From assembly GCA_016186325.1 (NCBI GenBank), contig JACPLW010000010.1, positions 22,856 through 86,855 of the forward strand: a stretch of DNA of 64,000 bases. Direction: 5' to 3'. The stretch comes from Parcubacteria group bacterium. Lineage in GTDB: Bacteria > Patescibacteriota > Minisyncoccia > UBA10092. The notes under the pieces are model-generated. The model did not search any database. It was given only the letters and a program-made list of their open reading frames with translations, and was not told the origin of the DNA. Shown piece by piece: positions 1 through 6,431 of the stretch (positions are counted from its first letter, which is position 1; each line of letters starts with the position of its first letter). The position numbers and the translations under genes are program-made.

Positions 1-1
1 A

Positions 2-145
2 AACCGTATCAACCAGATTTTAGCCAAACACACCGGCCAGCCGCTTAAAAAAATAGAAAAAGACACCGATCGGGATTTTTACATGACGCCGGAAGAAGCC
101 AAATCCTACGGCGTAATTGATAAAATAATAAAAACGGTAAAATAA
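2..145 (+). CDS. clpP: ATP-dependent Clp protease proteolytic subunit, C-terminal fragment (5' end lies outside the window)
   Basis: Frame-2 translation [47 protein letters not shown] matches the conserved ClpP C-terminus. Inference from motif recognition only. Confidence 0.6.
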   Translation, partial: NRINQILAKHTGQPLKKIEKDTDRDFYMTPEEAKSYGVIDKIIKTVK

Positions 146-295
146 AAAAACAATAAAAATACTTTCCGAAGCTTATGAAAGCGTTTTAGTACGGTTTCAC
201 CCCGCAGTTGCGGGGTGAATAAAATACTTTCATCGGACAGCGAGTCCCGCGCTGGCGGGACGAGCGCGCGAGGAAAGTATTTTTATTGTTTTTTT
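146..295. repeat. MITE-like structured element, family A copy 1. It has ~24-bp terminal inverted repeats and internal GTCCCGC-N4-GCGGGAC hairpins
   Basis: Left arm aaaaacaataaaaatactttcc is the reverse complement of right arm ggaaagtatttttattgttttt. Internal hairpins ccccgcagttgcgggg and gtcccgcgctggcgggac. The core is near-identical to the element at 43735-43872. Confidence 0.6.
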
Positions 296-351
296 ATTTA
301 ATATTTAATTGTGGATAGTTTATTTTGCGGTTTTGTCATATAATTATCAGT

Positions 352-888
352 ATGCTTGATAAGGAATTTTTAAATGTTGATAAAGTAATTAACCAGTTTG
401 ATATTGAATCGAATGCGATTATTGCCGATTTTGGCGCGGGGCACGGATTTTTTACCATTGCTTTTGGAAAGATTGCGGCGCCTTCCGGCCAGGTTTTTGC
501 CGTAGACGTTTTACCACAGGCGCTTGAGGCTGTAAAATCAAAGGCACGGCTTGAGGGGCTTTTTAATATAAAAACAATACACGCCAATTTGGAGAAGCCG
601 AACGGTTCGACATTAGAAGGTGAAAGCTGTGATTTTGTTTTTATTGCCAATGTTTTGTTTCAGGTTCCGGATAAGCCAATGCTTTTAAATGAAGCGCGTC
701 GGATTTTAAAGCCTGACGGTCGGCTGGCTGTTATTGAATGGAAGCCGTTCACTTCAGTCGGGCCAAAGAAAGAATATCGCTTAACCGAAGAAGACTTAAG
801 GCAAATAATTTTGGCGGCCGGTTTTAATGAGATTAAAACAATTGATGCCGGCAGTCATCATTATGGGTTTATATTTAAAAAGATATAA
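352..888 (+). CDS. Class I SAM-dependent methyltransferase
   Basis: The ORF carries the glycine-rich SAM-binding motif DFGAGHGFF and a later VIEWKP region. The ATG at 352 is preferred over the TTG at 325. Confidence 0.55.
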   Translation: MLDKEFLNVDKVINQFDIESNAIIADFGAGHGFFTIAFGKIAAPSGQVFAVDVLPQALEAVKSKARLEGLFNIKTIHANLEKPNGSTLEGESCDFVFIANVLFQVPDKPMLLNEARRILKPDGRLAVIEWKPFTSVGPKKEYRLTEEDLRQIILAAGFNEIKTIDAGSHHYGFIFKKI

Positions 889-896
889 GCAATTTT

Positions 897-2216
897 ATGA
901 ATATAGGTAACTACCAAATAACCAGGGGCCAAATAGTGATTTTCGGTGCGGTTTTTATTATTGTCATCCTTCTTATTTTAGGGTTTATTGTCGGCTCAAA
1001 GCCGCCGGCACAGCAGGTAGTAAATCTGGAATTTTGGGGCCTATACGATGACGGCTATTCCATTTGGCAGCCGTTTTTTGATGCCTATCGCAGAGAAGGT
1101 AGTGCCAATGTTTTTATCAATTACACCAAAATGAATCCCGATACTTACGAACGTGATTTAATTGAGGCCCTGGCTAGCGGCAAGGCGCCCGATATTATAG
1201 CGTTTCATTCTTCCTGGCTTCCCAAGCATGGGAATAAGGTTTCTCCTGTTCCAGAGACTCTAATGACGCTAAGGCAGTTCCAAGAAACGTTTCCCGATGT
1301 TGCCGTTACGAACTTTATTTCTAAAAATCAGATTTATGCCATTCCGGTCTGGACCGACGTTTTAACAATGTTTTACAATAAAGATTTATTTAATACTGCG
1401 GTAATTGGCACGCCGCCCAAAACATGGGATGAGTTTATAAAAGTAATACAAAAACTTTCTGTAAAAGATAAATTCGGCAATTTTACAAAATCCGGAGCGG
1501 CACTCGGTACCGCGGATAATGTAAATAACGCCGCCGATATTTTAAGTTTGCTGATGCTTCAAATCGGCGCCAAGATGGTAAGCGACGATGGGCAAGGAGC
1601 GACTTTTGACCAGAGCGTTACGGTTAACGGTAATTTATTTCTTCCGGGAGAATCGGCGTTAAGATTTTATACCGATTTTGCTAATCCAAAATCCAGCGCC
1701 TACTCTTGGAATGACAAAATGCCGGATTCTTTTGAAGCTTTTATCACCGGGAAAACCGCCATTATTTTTGACTACGCGGTTAATATGCCGGAAATAAAAA
1801 AGAGGGCGCCGAATTTGCGCTTGGGCATAGCAGCAATGCCTCAGCCGGCCAATGCTTCAAGGGATGTTAATTACGCCAGCTACTGGGGCTATGCCGTGCC
1901 GCTGGCCTCAAAAAATTCTCAAGCCGCTTGGCAATTTCTCCTTTATTTGACCAGGAAAGATATAAATCAGTCATTTTCAAACGCAGTTCTGCGGCCGGCT
2001 TCAAGAAGAGATGTAATAAGCGAAGAACAAACATCCGCTGATTTGGGCATTTTTGCCGAAGAAATTCTTTCGGCAGTCAGCTGGTATCAAGTTGACCCAA
2101 TGGCAATTAAAAAAATCTTTAAAGATATGATAGATGCCGTTGTATTGAGCGGCGATAAGCCAGCCGATGCCTTAAGAGACGCGGCGAGCAAGGTAACGTT
2201 TTTGATGAGGAGGTAG
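897..2216 (+). CDS. Extracellular solute-binding protein (ABC transporter, family-1 SBP-like) with an N-terminal membrane anchor
   Basis: 439 aa with an N-terminal TM helix and overall similarity to MalE/UgpB-type binding proteins. The call rests on sequence feel, not a search. Confidence 0.45.
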   Translation: MNIGNYQITRGQIVIFGAVFIIVILLILGFIVGSKPPAQQVVNLEFWGLYDDGYSIWQPFFDAYRREGSANVFINYTKMNPDTYERDLIEALASGKAPDIIAFHSSWLPKHGNKVSPVPETLMTLRQFQETFPDVAVTNFISKNQIYAIPVWTDVLTMFYNKDLFNTAVIGTPPKTWDEFIKVIQKLSVKDKFGNFTKSGAALGTADNVNNAADILSLLMLQIGAKMVSDDGQGATFDQSVTVNGNLFLPGESALRFYTDFANPKSSAYSWNDKMPDSFEAFITGKTAIIFDYAVNMPEIKKRAPNLRLGIAAMPQPANASRDVNYASYWGYAVPLASKNSQAAWQFLLYLTRKDINQSFSNAVLRPASRRDVISEEQTSADLGIFAEEILSAVSWYQVDPMAIKKIFKDMIDAVVLSGDKPADALRDAASKVTFLMRR

Positions 2217-2253
2217 TGCAAATTTCTAATTTCTAATTTCTAAACAAATCCCA

Positions 2254-2748
2254 ATGTCTAAATTGAAAAATCTAAAATTGTTTGCCGTTCTTTTTCTTTT
2301 TGCCATCGCGATAGCTGTGCCGGCGCAGGCGCAGGTTATCGGTAATCTTGATTTTCTCAAGGGTATTGTGCCTTGTGGGACTTCTTATACTGGCAATACT
2401 CCATGTACGGTTTGCCATTTTTACAAACTGCTTCAGAATATCATCAACTTCATGCTTTATGTAACGGCGTCGCTTGTCACGCTGATGGCGGTTTATATCG
2501 CTTTTCTTTTCCTTTTTTCCGGAGGGTCGCCATCAAAAATTACGGATGCTAAAAGCAAGTTATGGCTTCTCGTTTGGGGCACCGTTGTTGTTTTGGGTTC
2601 CTGGCTATTGATAAATACCGTTTTAAACTTTGTGGTTAATCCGCAGGTGTTTCCCATGCCCTGGAATCAAATTAGTTGTGAGATTAGCCAATTACCAAGT
2701 AGAGAAAACTTTGTGTCGCCATTGCCTGTTAATAACTATTACTTGTAA
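2254..2748 (+). CDS. TrbC/VirB2-like type IV secretion pilin, paralog 1
   Basis: Signal peptide ending AQAQ, then a C-terminal hydrophobic segment containing the SGG motif (FLFLFSGGSPSKITDAKSKLW). This is the typical architecture of CPR T4SS-pilin-like proteins. Confidence 0.5.
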   Translation: MSKLKNLKLFAVLFLFAIAIAVPAQAQVIGNLDFLKGIVPCGTSYTGNTPCTVCHFYKLLQNIINFMLYVTASLVTLMAVYIAFLFLFSGGSPSKITDAKSKLWLLVWGTVVVLGSWLLINTVLNFVVNPQVFPMPWNQISCEISQLPSRENFVSPLPVNNYYL

Positions 2749-2786
2749 TTATCCAGATAGTGTGCTATAATGGACCCTATAGACAT

Positions 2787-3125
2787 ATGAAGCGGATTCT
2801 TATTTCATTCTTTTTGTTTTTTTACTTTATGGTTGCTATCGTTACGGTATCGGCTCAAACAATTAGTATTCCCAATCCTCTGGTATCCGGCGACATCCCG
2901 ACTTTAATTGATAAAATCGCCTCCTGGCTTTTGGGAATAGGGACGGTCTTGGCGACTATCGTGATTTTATGGGCGGCCTTTCTCTTTATGACTTCCGGCG
3001 GGAACAAAGACAAGGTGACTCAAGCCAGACAGACATTGTGGTACGCGGTAATCGGCCTTACGGTTTTACTTTTAGCTAAAGGCGCGACACTGTTTATTCA
3101 AAATACTTTAAGCGGTAATTTCTAA
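2787..3125 (+). CDS. TrbC/VirB2-like pilin, paralog 2
   Basis: MKRILISFF...AAFLFMTSGGNKDKVTQARQTLWYAVIGL. Same architecture as the neighbouring genes. Start placed at the internal ATG. Confidence 0.5.
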   Translation: MKRILISFFLFFYFMVAIVTVSAQTISIPNPLVSGDIPTLIDKIASWLLGIGTVLATIVILWAAFLFMTSGGNKDKVTQARQTLWYAVIGLTVLLLAKGATLFIQNTLSGNF

Positions 3126-3202
3126 CCCATTCGACAAGCTCGGGGTTATACTGTAAAATCGAAGTATAAATTAAAAAATTATTAAAATTAAAGTAATATA
3201 TT

Positions 3203-3553
3203 ATGAAAGAAAAATTTTTTAAGGGAGCGATCGTTGGCGTCGGTTTGGGCATGGCTTTATTGCCGTTTCTAGCGTTAGCAGCTACAGTGCTGCCGGGACC
3301 GATTATAACCAACCCCACACAGATTTCTGTATTGATTCAAAAAATTCTTAGTTGGATAGCCGGTATTATAATGGTGATTGCCGTGATTATGCTGCTTTTT
3401 TCGGCAATTTTGTACTTAACGGCCGGTGGCAGCGAAGATAGAGTTGGAAAAGCCAAAAGCTATTTGCTTTACGCTATTGTTGGCATTGTGGTGGCGCTTC
3501 TCACTTTCTCGGTTCAGCCATTTATTACTGCTGTTTTAGAGGGAAGGTTTTAA
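3203..3553 (+). CDS. TrbC/VirB2-like pilin, paralog 3
   Basis: LLFSAILYLTAGGSEDRVGKAKSYLLYAIVGI. Third tandem paralog. Confidence 0.5.
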   Translation: MKEKFFKGAIVGVGLGMALLPFLALAATVLPGPIITNPTQISVLIQKILSWIAGIIMVIAVIMLLFSAILYLTAGGSEDRVGKAKSYLLYAIVGIVVALLTFSVQPFITAVLEGRF

Positions 3554-3572
3554 TCAAGGCAGACAAAAACCA

Positions 3573-3610
3573 ACCCCGCCCCGAGCTTTGTCGAGGGGCG
3601 GGGTTTTGTT
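3573..3610 (+). terminator. Rho-independent terminator after the pilin array
   Basis: aaccccgccccgag...ctcggggcggggtttt: a GC-rich hairpin followed by a T run. Confidence 0.6.
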
Positions 3611-3627
3611 ATCCCCATTTTGTCCCC

Positions 3628-3660
3628 AAAACTATTGATGTCGGACATCAATAGTTTTGG
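3628..3660. repeat. 31-nt perfect palindrome aaaactattgatgtc-g-gacatcaatagtttt
   Basis: Read directly. A related core (tgatgtcggacatcg) also occurs inside tsaD near 9566-9584. Confidence 0.5.
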
Positions 3661-3664
3661 TGGG

Positions 3665-3692
3665 TTTACAAAACAGCAGAAAATGGTATAAT
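3665..3692 (+). promoter_or_regulatory. Sigma70-like promoter for tRNA-Leu (TTTACA, 16-nt spacer, TGgTATAAT)
   Basis: A -35 TTTACA and an extended -10 TGGTATAAT ending about 14 nt before the tRNA 5' end. Confidence 0.5.
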
Positions 3693-3706
3693 TTTACTCT
3701 AAATAT

Positions 3707-3788
3707 GCGCCCGTGGTGAAATGGCAGACACGCTAGCTTTAGGAGCTAGTGCCGAAAGGCGTAGAGGTTCAAATCCTCTCGGGCGCAC
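3707..3788 (+). tRNA. tRNA-Leu (anticodon TAG), class II with a long variable arm
   Basis: Acceptor GCGCCCG pairs with CGGGCGC. The anticodon stem-loop is CTAGC-TTTAGGA-GCTAG, with a 13-nt variable arm and the T-arm AGAGGTTCAAATCCTCT. Confidence 0.8.
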
Positions 3789-3973
3789 TTTCATCGTCTC
3801 GTTGCCTGTATAGAGAAATGGAACTTTTTGTTGGTGAAAAATTAAATCTTCTGAAAAAGAAACAGGTTTTGAGGTGGTTGAAGAGAGGTTCTAATTAGCT
3901 ATTGCAAAACCAAATTTGTTATGGGACATTAGAATAAGTTTGGGCTCTTTTGAAAATCAAGAAAGGATAAGGG

Positions 3974-4825
3974 ATGTGGATAATAATTCTCATTCTGTTA
4001 CTTTTGGGAGGTTGTACGGTGGGTAAAACTCAGGACCTTTTTGAGGGAGAGTTTGTGATCAAATCCGATGGTATCTATACCTATGCTCATTATTACGGAC
4101 GCCCGGAAAGTAAACGAAGCGTCGTAATCGTAGGCATGAACCACGGCGGCGATAAGGAATACTTTGAGCAAATAGTAAAGCTTCTTGCAGATGTAGAGAT
4201 TGTGTTGTATGAGGGTTTACCGCCCGAACAAGAAGAAACAGCTGAGGAAATTGAAAAAGAGGAACAGGAAGATTTGCTGAATCTTGCGAGTGAAGATGTA
4301 GACGAGGCATTCTATGCTGCTATAAGGAGTTATTTCCGAAAAGCCCATAAGTTTTTACGGCTAGTTGGGGAGGGCAGTGCCTTTGATTATTCAAAGACCG
4401 GTTGGGAGTCTGGAGATGCGGAGTTTTTCGTGAGACTGAAAAATGATGAAAAATTGCAGAAATTTATGGCGGAACGCAGGAATGATCTTGCTCAGTTAAC
4501 ACCAGAGCGGAAAAGAGAAGTGGTAGAATTTGTCAGGAAAGCTTTGAAAAGCATTGAGAGTGGGCAGTTCACAAAAAAGGATTTTGGTGATGGCTTTGTT
4601 TTTTTCTGGTCTGATCAGAAACTCGCGAGCATATTCCTTGATGCGCTTGGCAAACCACGCGACGAGATTGTAATGGAACATTTTGACAGGATCATAAGCG
4701 AGAAAAATCCACACACCATTGGAATTAAGTTTGGAGCGGCACACATCGCTTATCAAAGGAAGTTGTTAGAACAGCACGGATACATCCTGAAGCGTTCGGT
4801 CGAACTAAAAAACATTGCTTTTTGA
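3974..4825 (+). CDS. Lipoprotein, possibly TraB/GumN family
   Basis: Lipobox LLLGGC at the N-terminus. VVIVGMNHGG near the N-terminus and FGAAHIAY near the C-terminus resemble the paired GxxH motifs of the TraB/GumN family. Weak call. Confidence 0.35.
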   Translation: MWIIILILLLLGGCTVGKTQDLFEGEFVIKSDGIYTYAHYYGRPESKRSVVIVGMNHGGDKEYFEQIVKLLADVEIVLYEGLPPEQEETAEEIEKEEQEDLLNLASEDVDEAFYAAIRSYFRKAHKFLRLVGEGSAFDYSKTGWESGDAEFFVRLKNDEKLQKFMAERRNDLAQLTPERKREVVEFVRKALKSIESGQFTKKDFGDGFVFFWSDQKLASIFLDALGKPRDEIVMEHFDRIISEKNPHTIGIKFGAAHIAYQRKLLEQHGYILKRSVELKNIAF

Positions 4826-4853
4826 GAACGGCACTGCCCGTTCTTTTCTTTTT
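4824..4853 (+). terminator. Rho-independent terminator
   Basis: gaacggcactgcccgttc hairpin followed by ttttcttttttt. Confidence 0.6.
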
Positions 4854-4876
4854 TATGAATGAGCTTTATGTATGTA

Positions 4877-4940
4877 GTGCGCATCCCGCCATAGCGGGAC
4901 GCCGCAAGGCATGGGAGTTCAAATCTCCCCCCGAGCACAA
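4877..4940 (+). other. tRNA-3'-half-like element E1: a GTCCCGC-type hairpin, a canonical T-arm and an acceptor 3' strand, with no D-arm
   Basis: tcccgccatagcggga hairpin, then GGGAGTTCAAATCTCCC (perfect T-arm), then CCGAGCAC-AAAA. No complementary 5' acceptor strand is present. It resembles the element at 22213-22290. Confidence 0.45.
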
Positions 4941-4946
4941 AATAAG

Positions 4947-5014
4947 AATAACCCCGCAGCTCCGACGCATACTGGTCGGAGCCCCGACTACAACGTCGGG
5001 GCTGCGGGGTTATT
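4947..5014. repeat. Family-B double-hairpin palindromic element (CTCCGAC...GTCGGAG / CCCCGAC...GTCGGGG), intergenic copy
   Basis: aataaccccgcagc[tccgacgcatactggtcgga][gccccgactacaacgtcggggc]tgcggggttatt: two hairpins nested inside an outer stem, sitting between convergent genes. Confidence 0.6.
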
Positions 5015-5468
5015 CTTCATGGTGTTTTATTTCTATCTTTTTGGTTTTGGTTCTTTCTGATTTCGGGAGTTTTATAGTGAGTACGCCGTTTTTCAGAGTA
5101 GCAATTGATTTATCGGTTTGAACGTCAACCGGCAGAATTATTGAACGGGAAAACGGTCCCCAATAACATTCCTGATAAAAATAATCATCTTTGATTACAG
5201 ACTCCTCTATTTCCCGCCGACCGCGAACGGTCACCATATCATTAGTAATAGCAATGTCTAAATTTTCCGGTTTGACTCCGGCAATGGTGGACTTTATTAC
5301 AATATCGGCGGGCGTCTGATAAACATCAATAGAGAGCTGTCCCTCTGTTTCGCCCGATTCCCAATTATTGATTTTTTCCATCTCTTCTTTTTCTTTCATA
5401 ATTTTCTTTTCGTTTTGGCCGTTATCAGAGGCATTTATCGGACCGATTAATTTTTCTAAAAAAGACAT
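5010..5468 (-). CDS. Hsp20/alpha-crystallin family small heat shock protein
   Basis: The C-terminal GVLTIKLPK and the overall alpha-crystallin domain pattern identify it. Confidence 0.75.
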   Translation of the reverse strand: MSFLEKLIGPINASDNGQNEKKIMKEKEEMEKINNWESGETEGQLSIDVYQTPADIVIKSTIAGVKPENLDIAITNDMVTVRGRREIEESVIKDDYFYQECYWGPFSRSIILPVDVQTDKSIATLKNGVLTIKLPKSERTKTKKIEIKHHEE

Positions 5469-5645
5469 AATGCTAAAAGTTTCTCTCGCTTTGCGAGATC
5501 TGGCGAAGCCAGATAAATCCTAATTCCTAATTTCTAAACTAATTATACTTTCTGTTCGGCCGCCGCGTCAACCCCGTTAGAAGTTTATTTTCAAAAACAT
5601 TAAATATTTTAATGTTTTATCAGTTTTAACTGAATCAACTCTATT

Positions 5646-6431
5646 TTAATTATCTGTTAGATTTCTAACGGGGTCAACTGTTATTTGTTGATAAGTTTTA
5701 TAGTGCTTGAGGCGATGGAAAAGATAGATAACTAAAGCCGCGGCACCGCCCAAGGTAATACCGGTTAAAAATACGCGCAAAAAATCATTCTCATTAGTTA
5801 TGAGAAAATTGTAAATGCCATGAAGAATTACAGCACTAAAGAGTCCAACAAGAATTAAGCGCGCGTCTTTTTTTACGAAATAATAGACAGCGAAAAAGTA
5901 TCCCGCAATCCCGGATGCCAAGCCGTGCAATGCTACGGCACTTATAAATCGTAAAGATACAAAATTAAGGGTTTCGCTTACGTAGCCGGGCGTGCCAAGC
6001 GGTATGTATGAAAAAATAGCAAAAACATTTTCTATTGCCGCAAAGCCTAAAGCGGCGGTAATGACGTAAATCATGCCATCAACCGGCTCGTCTAAAATCG
6101 GATTTTTGTTTAAAGCAAGATGAACCGCGCCGTATTTTGACGCCTCTTCTACTAGCGGCGCGATAAAAATCAAAAGCAGGATGCTTTCTATAGCAGGCAA
6201 CAACTCAAAGTAACCGAAAAATCTCGACAGAACCATTTCAAGAAAAATTACAAGCGGCGCCAAAGCGACGCCCATTAAAAATATTGTAAAAAGCCAATAT
6301 CGCGGCTCCGGGTGGTCGTCTTCCCTAAGATAAAAAAGTAGCCAAATCAAACTGGGAAGAACGGCTAGAATTATCGTTGGTATTAATGCGGACGGTTCTT
6401 GATTAAGCATTTTATTTCGGCCATTCTTCAA
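5646..6431 (-). CDS. PrsW-family intramembrane metalloprotease
   Basis: Multi-TM protein with the motifs EEASKY (EExxK), FAAIEN (FxxxE) and HGIYN (Hxxx[ND]). The true start may be the ATG near 6410, which would remove the overlap with valS. Confidence 0.55.
   Translation of the reverse strand: MKNGRNKMLNQEPSALIPTIILAVLPSLIWLLFYLREDDHPEPRYWLFTIFLMGVALAPLVIFLEMVLSRFFGYFELLPAIESILLLIFIAPLVEEASKYGAVHLALNKNPILDEPVDGMIYVITAALGFAAIENVFAIFSYIPLGTPGYVSETLNFVSLRFISAVALHGLASGIAGYFFAVYYFVKKDARLILVGLFSAVILHGIYNFLITNENDFLRVFLTGITLGGAAALVIYLFHRLKHYKTYQQITVDPVRNLTDN

Noticed and set aside
2220-2246. AATTTCT heptamer tandem repeats (also near 5521-5540, 24183-24197 and 41140-41225) considered as a functional array
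   Set aside because: They are short, AT-rich and only 2-4 copies each. They are most likely low-complexity intergenic sequence or UP-element-like DNA. Noted but not called.
4822-5121. Track ORF 4822-5121(+)
   Set aside because: It spans a terminator, the tRNA-like element and the family-B hairpins, and overlaps the hsp20 3' end.
5470-5560. CIRCE/HAIR heat-shock operator upstream of hsp20
   Set aside because: No TTAGCACTC-N9-GAGTGCTAA-like inverted repeat was found. Only weak dyads are present.
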